Of a stretch of 57,672 nucleotides of DNA, positions 18,575 through 27,637 are shown in pieces. Below the pieces are notes generated by a model, which was given only the letters and a program-made list of their open reading frames with translations, did not search any database and was not told where the DNA came from. The translations under genes were made by a program, and so were the position numbers. This DNA is from Chryseobacterium gleum (GTDB taxonomy: Bacteria; Bacteroidota; Bacteroidia; NS11-12g; UBA955): NCBI GenBank assembly GCA_945870885.1, contig CAMBTR010000001.1, positions 1-57,672 on the forward strand, in the 5' to 3' direction. How positions within the stretch are numbered: position 1 is the first letter of the stretch; each line of letters starts with the position of its first letter.

Positions 18575-21190
18575 ATGGAAATTTCTGCCAAATACAATCC
18601 CGTAGATATAGAAGATAAATGGTATCAATACTGGTTAGATCAGAGGTTTTTTAATTCTACACCAGACCATAGACCCGCGTATACAGTTGTAATCCCACCG
18701 CCAAACGTAACTGGTATATTGCATATGGGACATATGCTTAACAATACCATTCAAGATGTATTGGTTAGAAGAGCTCGCATGCAAGGATTAAATGCTTGTT
18801 GGGTGCCTGGAACGGACCATGCAAGTATTGCTACGGAAGCCAAAGTTGTTAAATTACTCGCCGAACAAGGTATTCCTAAGTCAAGTTTAACCAGGGAAGA
18901 ATTCTTGTCGCATGCCTACGCATGGAAGGATAAATACGGTGGAATTATTTTAGACCAATTAAAAAAACTGGGTGCAAGTTGCGATTGGGATAGAACACGC
19001 TTCACCATGGAGCCTTCGTTGTACGATGCTGTTATTGAAGTTTTTATCGATTTATATAACAAAGGACTCATTTATCGCGGTACAAAAATGGTCAATTGGG
19101 ATCCAGCGGGACAAACTACCTTGAGTGATGAAGAGGTGATTTTTAAGGATACACAGGATCAGCTTTTCACAGTGATTTACAAAGGAGTTGACTTTGATGG
19201 TGAATTGATGGTTGCAACCGCAAGGCCAGAAACAATTGCAGGCGACGTGGCAGTTTGTGTGAATCCGAATGATGAAAGATATCAAGGGTTAATAGGGAAG
19301 AAAGTTATGGTGCCCCTAATTGGTAGGGAAGTTGCGATTATTGCAGATGATTATATCGACATAGAATTTGGTACAGGTGTCTTAAAGGTGACCCCAGCGC
19401 ATGATATTAACGATTACAATATTGGATTGAAATTTCATTTGCCTGTCATTGATACCTTGAATGCCGATGGAACGATTTCCGCTGCCGGCGAATTATTTGT
19501 GGGTGAAGATCGATTCGTTGCCCGTAAAATGTGGGTGAAAAAACTGAAAGAAGAAGGCCTCCTTTTTAAACAAGAGAACTATTCACACAATGTGGGTTAT
19601 AGCGAAAGAACAGATGCAGTTGTAGAGCCAAGAATAAGTACTCAGTGGTTTATGGACATGCAATTGTTCATGAAGAATAATCCAGAAGTTCTTTCATCTG
19701 TTATGAACGATGAAATTAAATTCTATCCATCAAAATTGAAAAATACCTACCGTCATTGGATGGAAAATGTGAAGGATTGGAATATTTCACGACAACTATG
19801 GTGGGGGCATAGAATCCCAGCTTGGTATAATAATTCTGGAGAATTTGTTGTCGCCAAAACAGTTGAATCCGCCGTAGAATTATTTGCAGCAAAAGGCATT
19901 CAAGTCAACGCAAATGAAATTAATCAAGATCCAGATGTATTAGACACTTGGTTTAGCTCTTGGTTATGGCCAATTTCCGTGTTTGATGGGATTGGAAAAG
20001 ATGCAAATAAAGCAGAGTTAGATTATTACTATCCCACGAATGATCTAGTAACCGGTCCGGATATTCTGTTTTTCTGGGTAGCAAGAATGATCATGGCAGG
20101 GTATGAGTTTGAAGGTAAAATGCCTTTCAAAAACGTGTATTTCACAGGCTTGATCCGTGATAAGCAGCGTCGGAAAATGAGCAAGAGTCTTGGTAATAGC
20201 CCAGATGCATTGGAGTTAATCGAAAAGTACGGTGCTGATGCAGTTAGAATGGGATTGTTGTTGTGTGCACCGGCTGGAAACGACATCTTATTTGATGAAT
20301 CTCAGATAGAGCAAGGACGTAATTTCTGTAACAAAATTTGGAACGCATATAGATTGATGACGGGTTGGGAAGTGGTGGAACATCCAAGTACAGATGCCGC
20401 AAACAAAGCGAAGGTCTTTATTGATAGTAGAATTCAACAAGTGTTAATTGAGAACGAAAAGTTCTTTGCGGAATTTAAATTATCCGATGTACTTATGAAT
20501 ATCTATAAGTTGATTTGGGATGATTTCTGTGCAGTGTATTTGGAAGCCGTGAAACCGCCGTTCGGTGATCCTATATCAAAAAACACCCTGCTTGAAACAC
20601 AAGCGATTTTCGGTCAATTGATGGCGATGTTGCACCCTTATATGCCATTTATTTCTGAGGAAATACACCATGCGATCCATCAAGGCAATCCAGCAAAACC
20701 CTTGGTTATTAGCGAATACCCAACGGCCAACGAAGGTTTACCGTCTTTCCCGATGGAACCATTGTTATTAGTGTCTGAAGTCAGAAATTTACGTAATGCC
20801 AAAGGTTTATCGCCCAAGGAGTGCATACAGTTGTGGATCCATGAAAACGCAATAGTCCTAACAGACAATGCAAGTTTAATTGAAAAATTGGCAAACGTAG
20901 GAATCAACGTAATCGCATCGGAAAGTATGCCGACTGGCCAACCCATTTTGGTAGGCATTTACGAAGTATGGTGTGAGTTTGATCAAACCATTGACCCTGA
21001 AAAGGAAAAGGAGGAACTCAATAAAGACCTAACTTATTACATCGGTTTTGCAGAATCGGTACTGAAAAAACTTAGTAATGAAAGATTCGTTTCCAATGCA
21101 AAGGCAGAAGTAGTTGACATGGAACGGAAGAAATTGGCTGACGCACAAGAGAAAATCGCATTGATTACCAAGCGATTGGAGTCTTTGTAA
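18575..21190 (+). CDS. valS: valine--tRNA ligase
   Basis: Class I synthetase motifs are present: PPPNVTGILHMGH (HIGH) and KMSKSLGN (KMSKS). There is a C-terminal coiled coil. I prefer the ATG at 18575 (MEISAKYNP...) to the ORF-track ATG at 18545. Confidence 0.95.
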   Translation: MEISAKYNPVDIEDKWYQYWLDQRFFNSTPDHRPAYTVVIPPPNVTGILHMGHMLNNTIQDVLVRRARMQGLNACWVPGTDHASIATEAKVVKLLAEQGIPKSSLTREEFLSHAYAWKDKYGGIILDQLKKLGASCDWDRTRFTMEPSLYDAVIEVFIDLYNKGLIYRGTKMVNWDPAGQTTLSDEEVIFKDTQDQLFTVIYKGVDFDGELMVATARPETIAGDVAVCVNPNDERYQGLIGKKVMVPLIGREVAIIADDYIDIEFGTGVLKVTPAHDINDYNIGLKFHLPVIDTLNADGTISAAGELFVGEDRFVARKMWVKKLKEEGLLFKQENYSHNVGYSERTDAVVEPRISTQWFMDMQLFMKNNPEVLSSVMNDEIKFYPSKLKNTYRHWMENVKDWNISRQLWWGHRIPAWYNNSGEFVVAKTVESAVELFAAKGIQVNANEINQDPDVLDTWFSSWLWPISVFDGIGKDANKAELDYYYPTNDLVTGPDILFFWVARMIMAGYEFEGKMPFKNVYFTGLIRDKQRRKMSKSLGNSPDALELIEKYGADAVRMGLLLCAPAGNDILFDESQIEQGRNFCNKIWNAYRLMTGWEVVEHPSTDAANKAKVFIDSRIQQVLIENEKFFAEFKLSDVLMNIYKLIWDDFCAVYLEAVKPPFGDPISKNTLLETQAIFGQLMAMLHPYMPFISEEIHHAIHQGNPAKPLVISEYPTANEGLPSFPMEPLLLVSEVRNLRNAKGLSPKECIQLWIHENAIVLTDNASLIEKLANVGINVIASESMPTGQPILVGIYEVWCEFDQTIDPEKEKEELNKDLTYYIGFAESVLKKLSNERFVSNAKAEVVDMERKKLADAQEKIALITKRLESL

Positions 21191-21195
21191 TCCGA

Positions 21196-22515
21196 CTACT
21201 TCCTCGTCTTCAAGTGATTTACATGGTATTCTCCTACGGAGTTACCCAATGTTTTTCCGTGTTTAATGGCATCTACGAAGTGAATTCCTCCATACAGTCG
21301 TGAAACACAGGCTTGATTGCTCGCTTCTCTGAAATTCTTAAATCGTCGAACGCCTAGTCCAAACTCGGCCTCTGCGCTATCTGTAAATTCATACTCTCCA
21401 AACTGCGCTGTTAATACCGTTGCAGCAGCACTCGAAACAACGCTATGACCAGATGGGTATTCCGGGAATCCTGGCGTTTGAATTGGCGCAACCCAACTTG
21501 AATCAATCAATTGATGTACCGCCGAAATAGGTCGTACATAGTCGGTTTGATATTTTACATACCAACAAGTGATAAACGCATCAAAAATCGCTGATGAAAG
21601 ACGCATCATACCATCTGCCGTCTCAATCAAACTGTAATTCTTCTGTCGTGCTACGGTTGAAAACATCGACAGCCAATGTCCGGCTGGACTTACCTTCAAT
21701 ATATTAATGGTAGCGTGGCCGTAGTGAACGGATGCATTCGGATTATCGTCCCAATACAAAGCGGTTTGTAGGTTGGCGGGATTTTTAGCATTCACTGTAT
21801 CATAAACCTCTTTAGTAATACGGTAAAAACGAGACTTTTTATTGGTTGAAAAGGGCTCGGGTTGTTCCCAAGTGAAATCGCGGACCGACTTAACCAATAC
21901 GGGTCTAATTTTACCCCAATTGGGTTCGATGGCTTCCATGAAGTCGGGTGGTGTAGGCTCCCAAGAACCTGGCTTATTACGAGTTAAGAAAAATTCACGT
22001 CCTCTATAATATGCAAACGAATCCTTTTTTGACCATTTAACGATATGATTTCCTACTGAATCACCATAAGCGATGGACGATTCATACATCGAGTTCGACA
22101 TCTGAGTTTTATATTCATCGAGCATACGTTTTCTAAAGTTGATGATACTATCTTCTTTATAAACCAATTTTTGACTGACATATGTATGTGCAGCCAAGGC
22201 CACTAAATCCAGGCAATATCGTTTTGAAGTATCAGGGGATGGGGCCGACTTTAGTCCATTCATCATGGGCGCCGCGCTTTGATATTCAGAATAGAAGGGC
22301 ACAAGGGCCTCATACGCAGCAATAGAAGCATACACATAACGCCTAGAACCCACTGGAGCGGCTACGTGATCAACTACAATCGCATTTTGGATAGCTAGAT
22401 TGCAAGTCGTCAGAATGTCGTTGTGAATGATCTTATTTTCCTTTTCAGCGGGCTTTCCGCAAGACATGGCTAGGAAAATGATGGCAATGGTTAGAATATG
22501 GTAGATTTTTTTCAT
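21196..22515 (-). CDS. PAP2-superfamily / vanadium-haloperoxidase-like lipoprotein
   Basis: The ATG at 22515 gives MKKIYHILTIAIIFLAMSC (lipobox). The ORF-track start at 22548 is a GTG lying inside the upstream terminator. PAP2 motifs: PEYPSGHSVVSSAAA and SRLYGGIHF. Confidence 0.75.
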   Translation of the reverse strand: MKKIYHILTIAIIFLAMSCGKPAEKENKIIHNDILTTCNLAIQNAIVVDHVAAPVGSRRYVYASIAAYEALVPFYSEYQSAAPMMNGLKSAPSPDTSKRYCLDLVALAAHTYVSQKLVYKEDSIINFRKRMLDEYKTQMSNSMYESSIAYGDSVGNHIVKWSKKDSFAYYRGREFFLTRNKPGSWEPTPPDFMEAIEPNWGKIRPVLVKSVRDFTWEQPEPFSTNKKSRFYRITKEVYDTVNAKNPANLQTALYWDDNPNASVHYGHATINILKVSPAGHWLSMFSTVARQKNYSLIETADGMMRLSSAIFDAFITCWYVKYQTDYVRPISAVHQLIDSSWVAPIQTPGFPEYPSGHSVVSSAAATVLTAQFGEYEFTDSAEAEFGLGVRRFKNFREASNQACVSRLYGGIHFVDAIKHGKTLGNSVGEYHVNHLKTRK

Positions 22516-22536
22516 GACTATCAGATGTAAATATAT

Positions 22537-22565
22537 AAAAAAAGGCACGCAAAGTTGCGTGCCTT
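22537..22565 (-). terminator. Rho-independent terminator (minus strand) after the small basic ORF
   Basis: The minus strand reads GGCACGC-AACTTT-GCGTGCC followed by seven T residues. Confidence 0.75.
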
Positions 22566-22586
22566 AACTATCTAAAACAATGACAT

Positions 22587-22742
22587 TTATTGGTTTTCTT
22601 GATCTTCCAAGATAATTCCTGAAACGCCTTTGTAAGGAGAAGCAATATTAGTAACCATTTTTAAACGTTTGATGTTATCAACGCGCTTGGTCATTCTGCT
22701 TCTGTTTTTTGCTTCTTTTCTTTTGAGTTTAGTAACAGCCAT
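22587..22742 (-). CDS. small (51-aa) highly basic protein of unknown function, not in the ORF track
   Basis: My own translation of the minus strand is ATG...TAA = MAVTKLKRKEAKNRSRMTKRVDNIKRLKMVTNIASPYKGVSGIILEDQENQ. It has its own -7 box 18 nt upstream, an A at -3, and a strong terminator 22 nt downstream. It fills an otherwise empty 265-nt gap. Confidence 0.6.
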   Translation of the reverse strand: MAVTKLKRKEAKNRSRMTKRVDNIKRLKMVTNIASPYKGVSGIILEDQENQ

Positions 22743-22760
22743 TTTCTTAAAATTAGGACG

Positions 22761-22768
22761 CAAAAATA
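22761..22768 (-). promoter_or_regulatory. candidate -7 promoter box (TATTTTTG on the minus strand) for the small basic ORF
   Basis: The plus strand reads CAAAAATA. It is an exact TAnnTTTG match 18 nt upstream of the ATG at 22742. Confidence 0.45.
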
Positions 22769-22813
22769 ATGAAATTCATTGAAGAATGCAATTTTATCGA
22801 ATAATTACCTCGA

Positions 22814-25800
22814 TTAGATTCGTTTGCCATTAGAGTTATAGAATTCAATCTTCGAAACCCCTTTGGTTTTATAGACTCCAGGTGCTTGTGATGATAAATA
22901 TCCTTGTCCTTGATTGAGGTTTACCATCTTGATAGAACCGTTTACAGTAACTTTAGCATAAGACGCGAGGGAAGGTGCTTTTACGAATTCAATGGCTGCC
23001 GTTTTGCCAGATCCTTGAAGTTCAAAACCTTTGGCGGGTCCATTGTTATTGGCGATCATAAATCTAACCGCTTTTCCCTTGGTTGGTAATGTTATTAATG
23101 ATTTTCCATCGCCTTGGTTATACAGTCCCAATTGGGCTCCGGATTTATACTCAAAACTACCACCATTATTCATCAACACAAAGGATGGAATTGCATCGTC
23201 TCTACCGTGAGGAACACGCGTGTTATAATTGTTTCCTGTGCATATGATATCGTCAAATCCATTTCCGTCAACATCAAACGCTGTCATTCCAAACAACGGA
23301 CCTGCCTGAGCCCACATAGGAAGTTCGACCATACTGAATTTTCCTCCATTATTAATGGCGACAAAACTCGAGAAGTAATTGACAGTTAATTGGTTCTGCC
23401 TAAGAACATCGGTGCCAAAAATATCATCCATCGTTTTGCCTGCAAAATCGCCGTAGGTAGTGAATTTCTTATTGATGAAAAATGGATAGGCTTTCCCCAT
23501 CTCATCCATTGTGAAAATAGGGTAGTCGGCTCCATTGTATGAATAGCTCATTGTTACATCTTGACTTCCATTGCCATCAAAATCGGCCCAATATACTTTG
23601 GTAGGACTGCCTGATTTGGCTTGGATAAAGCTGTTGTTTCCTTTGTTCCCGACGATATAGTCTAAATCACCATCGTTATCGATGTCTACGGGTAAAATAC
23701 TATTCATCCATCCCGACAACGACATATCGCCTACGTCGCCTGTCTTGTTAATGAACTTCCCACCGGTATTCTCCATAAATATCAACGGCATCCATTCTCC
23801 AGCAAGAATTAAATCGGGTTTGCCATCTCCATTGTAATCTGAAAATACCGCAGAACAAATCATACCTGCATTTTCTAAGTCGGGGGCCAATGCTGTTGTT
23901 ACATCTTTGAATTTACCTCCATTGTTTTGAAGCAAGTAACTGCGAACTCCTAAGGCTGGCCAATTGCCTGGCATAATTCTTCCTGCTACAAAAAGATCTA
24001 AATCGCCGTCGCCATCAAAATCGGAGGAAGTCACTGAGCTGGCGCTACTAACTACGCTTGGTAAAGCACCCTTAGACTCCGAGAAATTACCTTTACCATC
24101 ATTGGAATACAATTTATGTTCATATTTATTGGATGGCCAACTAAATTCTGAACCGCCAACTGCAACATACAAATCTTGATCATTGTCGCCGTCGGCATCA
24201 AAAAAGACAGCACCCATGACATCGACATCCAAAGTTTTCCATGGTTGTGATCTTGCAGTACTCAACTTTCCTTCAGGGCTATTATCTTGAAGCAACAGAG
24301 AAGATCCGCTGCTTTCTCTGGCTGCACCAATAAAAACATCTATCGTACCATCGCCATTTACATCAGCAGAAGCCATTCCTGGACCCAAGGTGGTGTATCG
24401 GTGAGGCAGTAAGGGTTCACGCTTGAAATCCGGATTTTCTTGCTCAGCATGAACAAAATTGAAATTCCATTTGGATGCATTGTCGTCAAAGTATTGCACT
24501 TTGCCTTGATTGCTATAATTGACCCAATTAAACTTTGTATTGGCATCCGCTGATTTGACCGTTAACGTTTGATTTGCTTTGATGTCTGTTAAAATCTGAG
24601 AACTGCCATTGGGCCAAACCACTGTAAGTTTTTGTAATTCCGTTTGAGCGCCTAATCCAATGTGAACCATATGCTCCGAAGAACTTTGATACCCTTTGCT
24701 TGGCTGGACTTCGAATTTGCGAATTTTTCCTGCGCTGTCTTCAACAATCAACTGACAACCAACGCCAAAGTGGTTTTGATTCTTTTCACCGCGGCATTGA
24801 ACATTCAAGTAATTGTTACTCGTATTAACATTCTTGTAGATAAAAGGCTTTTCACCTTGGTTACAAACTACTAGGTCGAATCTGCCGTCGCCATCTAGGT
24901 CGCCAATTGCAGATCCTGTGCTTGAACTTAAATCTTCCAGACCCACGTCCGATGCGCTATTTGTAAAGCCTTGACCTGCATTGTTGAGGAAGAAGAAATT
25001 TTGGATTTTTTCAAACGGCAGTTTTTTGAGTAACTGCTCATGATTAAGACCTTGTTTCTGTTGCTGCTCATAGCGTGACTGATATAAAATGAAATCCAAA
25101 TTTGTCACATCTCTATAATATCCATTAGAAATGAATAAATCGACAAAGCCATCATCGTTAAAATCCGATAATAAAGGACTCCAACTCCAATCCGACTTAG
25201 CAACTCCATACAGGTAGGAGAGGTCTGAAAAATGACCATTACCCAAATTCATTTGCAAGTTATTTTTCATGTACTGGTGCTTGTACCCGTTTTTGATGCC
25301 GACCATCGTGTAGTCATAATCCTTGGGACCCATCAAGCCCATGTAGCGCCTTGGACTTTCAGATAGCATATCCACTGTAATCAGATCGCTCCAGCCATCG
25401 TTGTTCACATCAGCAACATCCGAACCCATTGAATTGGTACTGGAATGTTTGAAGAAATCATCAAATTTATCCGTAAAGGTTCCATCACCATTATTTATGT
25501 AGTAGCAATCTGGCACATGGTAATCATTACAAACATATAAATCCATTAATCCATCATTGTTATAATCAGCGGCAGCAGCGCTAAGGCAATATCCCATTCT
25601 AACAACACCTGCTTTTTCTGAAACATCGGTAAATTTATTCCCGTCGTTGCGATAAAAATGTTGTTGGCTTGACTCTGTCATATTAAGCGTCCGCGTAAAT
25701 GGAGTATTAATATTGGAAAAGAACTGATCTGCGTGGTTTCCTAAGTAGAAATCCAAATCCCCGTCATTATCGTAGTCGAAGAATGTCGCGCATGTCGCAT

Positions 25801-26326
25801 TTCCTGCATCATCCACGCCCCATTCGGCGCTCACTTCTTTGAAGGTCTCGTTTTTTTGATTCAAAAAGAGTCGATTTCGTTTTGAGTCTTTGCCTTTTAA
25901 TGGCCCCGATGAGCAAGCATAAATATCTAGCCAGCCATCATTGTTGACATCAACCATTGTTACGCCGCTAATCCATTGCTTTGTGCCAGTACCACTTTTC
26001 TCTGTGATGTCTTCAAACTTGAAATCCCCTTTATTTAAATACAGGCGAGATGATTGTTCATTGCCGGTAAAATATAAATCGTTTAGACCGTCGTTATTTA
26101 TATCGCCAATCGCTACGCCGTTTCCGTTGTATAGATAATGATAAATAAATTGGTTCAACGTGTCGTTTTCAGGCACCGTATTCACGAAATCAATGCCTGT
26201 GACATCAGATTCCATTTTTTCGAAAAGCTTATCTAAATTTTCATCTGAAGATTTCCCACAGGAAACCATCATAGACATCGCCATGATACCCCATAGCGAA
26301 AAGCCACACCAGTGAAACTTATTCAT
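22814..26326 (-). CDS. CRTAC1-family / FG-GAP (VCBS) repeat lipoprotein with an ASPIC/UnbV-like C-terminal region
   Basis: 1170 aa. Lipobox MMVSCGK. There are many repeats of the D.N.DG..D(l/i)(y/f) calcium-binding FG-GAP type (DINNDGLNDLYF, DVNNDGWLDIYA, DYDNDGDLDFYL, DFDGDGDLDLFV ...). Confidence 0.8.
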   Translation of the reverse strand: MNKFHWCGFSLWGIMAMSMMVSCGKSSDENLDKLFEKMESDVTGIDFVNTVPENDTLNQFIYHYLYNGNGVAIGDINNDGLNDLYFTGNEQSSRLYLNKGDFKFEDITEKSGTGTKQWISGVTMVDVNNDGWLDIYACSSGPLKGKDSKRNRLFLNQKNETFKEVSAEWGVDDAGNATCATFFDYDNDGDLDFYLGNHADQFFSNINTPFTRTLNMTESSQQHFYRNDGNKFTDVSEKAGVVRMGYCLSAAAADYNNDGLMDLYVCNDYHVPDCYYINNGDGTFTDKFDDFFKHSSTNSMGSDVADVNNDGWSDLITVDMLSESPRRYMGLMGPKDYDYTMVGIKNGYKHQYMKNNLQMNLGNGHFSDLSYLYGVAKSDWSWSPLLSDFNDDGFVDLFISNGYYRDVTNLDFILYQSRYEQQQKQGLNHEQLLKKLPFEKIQNFFFLNNAGQGFTNSASDVGLEDLSSSTGSAIGDLDGDGRFDLVVCNQGEKPFIYKNVNTSNNYLNVQCRGEKNQNHFGVGCQLIVEDSAGKIRKFEVQPSKGYQSSSEHMVHIGLGAQTELQKLTVVWPNGSSQILTDIKANQTLTVKSADANTKFNWVNYSNQGKVQYFDDNASKWNFNFVHAEQENPDFKREPLLPHRYTTLGPGMASADVNGDGTIDVFIGAARESSGSSLLLQDNSPEGKLSTARSQPWKTLDVDVMGAVFFDADGDNDQDLYVAVGGSEFSWPSNKYEHKLYSNDGKGNFSESKGALPSVVSSASSVTSSDFDGDGDLDLFVAGRIMPGNWPALGVRSYLLQNNGGKFKDVTTALAPDLENAGMICSAVFSDYNGDGKPDLILAGEWMPLIFMENTGGKFINKTGDVGDMSLSGWMNSILPVDIDNDGDLDYIVGNKGNNSFIQAKSGSPTKVYWADFDGNGSQDVTMSYSYNGADYPIFTMDEMGKAYPFFINKKFTTYGDFAGKTMDDIFGTDVLRQNQLTVNYFSSFVAINNGGKFSMVELPMWAQAGPLFGMTAFDVDGNGFDDIICTGNNYNTRVPHGRDDAIPSFVLMNNGGSFEYKSGAQLGLYNQGDGKSLITLPTKGKAVRFMIANNNGPAKGFELQGSGKTAAIEFVKAPSLASYAKVTVNGSIKMVNLNQGQGYLSSQAPGVYKTKGVSKIEFYNSNGKRI

Positions 26327-26359
26327 AATTTATACCTGCAATATTAATGATTTATCGAT

Positions 26360-27631
26360 TTACTTCCTTACCTGGTCTACCCTTAAAAAGGTAAATAAAA
26401 ACAAGGTAAATGCCCACAAACTACTTCCGCCGAAAGAAATAAACGGGAGAGGGATACCAATTGTGGGGACCAGACCAATTGTCATTCCGATATTAATTGA
26501 CAGATGGAAGAAAAGTACACAAGCCAATGAATACCCGAACACCCTGCCAAAGGTTGTAGATTGACGTTCTGCCAAAATCACAATTCGTGTCAACAAGCCA
26601 CAAAAAATCAACAGAAATACTATTGCACCAACAAAACCCCATTCTTCTCCAATGGTATCAAAAATAAAATCTGTATGCTGCTCGGGCACGAATCCCATTT
26701 TGGTTTGGGTCCCTTTTAAATAGCCTCGGCCCCACATTTCACCAGCGCCAATGGCAATTTTAGACTGACGCAAATTGAAACCCAATCCGCGGTCATCGGA
26801 TTTCAATCCAAGAACAAGTTCAATCCTGTCACGTTGGTATTGTTGTAAAATGCTCGAGTAAACTGTTCCTACAATGGTATAAAATGCAGCAGATACAACG
26901 GCAATGAGTGTAATCAGACCGCTAATACCCCGGTCTTTCCTTGCAAAAAACACCATGATACTACCCAATCCCAAAAGCAATCCGTAGCCATAATAGCTTG
27001 AAATGCCTGTTGCTTCACTCACAATTCTACAAATTGCCAAAAACATCAACCAGACCGCAGAAATCAAAATAAATCCAGGTAATCCTTCGCGATACAAGAC
27101 TAGAAAGAAGGATAAGAAAACCAATGCACTTCCTGTATCGTTTTGGATCAAAATTATCGCCATGGGTAGTAGGAAGATCAATAAGCAAATGGCGATATTT
27201 CTGGCGCCTTGAAAACGAATTCCATACGTTCCTAAGTATTTGGCAAGTGCCATTGCTGTTGCCACTTTGGCGAATTCACTCGGTTGTATTCCTATACCAC
27301 CAAATCCAAACCATGATTTAGCACCTGAGACCTCCCGACCTAGAAATAATACGGCTATATTCAATAAAATTGCGACCGCATAGAATCCATAGGTGAAGTA
27401 ATCAATTACCACAACATTGGAATATAATATGGTGAAAATGATAACGATAGACCCGCCTATCCAAATCAACTGTTTAATTGCGGTTGGGGATAGGGAATAA
27501 AATTCCTGATTGACATCCGAGGTTGCGGAACTGATGCTCAAAAAGCCAATAATCACCAAAACAATGAACAGAAAAATAGATAGGCCATCTATTTTTTCTT
27601 GCGAATTGTTGTTGAGTGGTGAGTATTTCAA
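26360..27631 (-). CDS. rodA: peptidoglycan glycosyltransferase RodA (SEDS family)
   Basis: 423-aa polytopic protein of the FtsW/RodA/SpoVE family (QPSEFAK, PEQHTDFIF, GIPLPFISFGGSS). The TTG start lies 6 nt after the mrdA stop. There is no in-frame ATG upstream of the conserved N-terminus. Confidence 0.9.
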   Translation of the reverse strand: MKYSPLNNNSQEKIDGLSIFLFIVLVIIGFLSISSATSDVNQEFYSLSPTAIKQLIWIGGSIVIIFTILYSNVVVIDYFTYGFYAVAILLNIAVLFLGREVSGAKSWFGFGGIGIQPSEFAKVATAMALAKYLGTYGIRFQGARNIAICLLIFLLPMAIILIQNDTGSALVFLSFFLVLYREGLPGFILISAVWLMFLAICRIVSEATGISSYYGYGLLLGLGSIMVFFARKDRGISGLITLIAVVSAAFYTIVGTVYSSILQQYQRDRIELVLGLKSDDRGLGFNLRQSKIAIGAGEMWGRGYLKGTQTKMGFVPEQHTDFIFDTIGEEWGFVGAIVFLLIFCGLLTRIVILAERQSTTFGRVFGYSLACVLFFHLSINIGMTIGLVPTIGIPLPFISFGGSSLWAFTLFLFTFLRVDQVRK

Positions 27632-27637
27632 AGCGGA

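Noticed and set aside
21196-22548. The 11-codon N-terminal extension (GTG at 22548) of the PAP2-like ORF.
   Set aside because: The GTG lies inside the stem of the upstream terminator. The ATG at 22515 gives a standard lipoprotein signal peptide.
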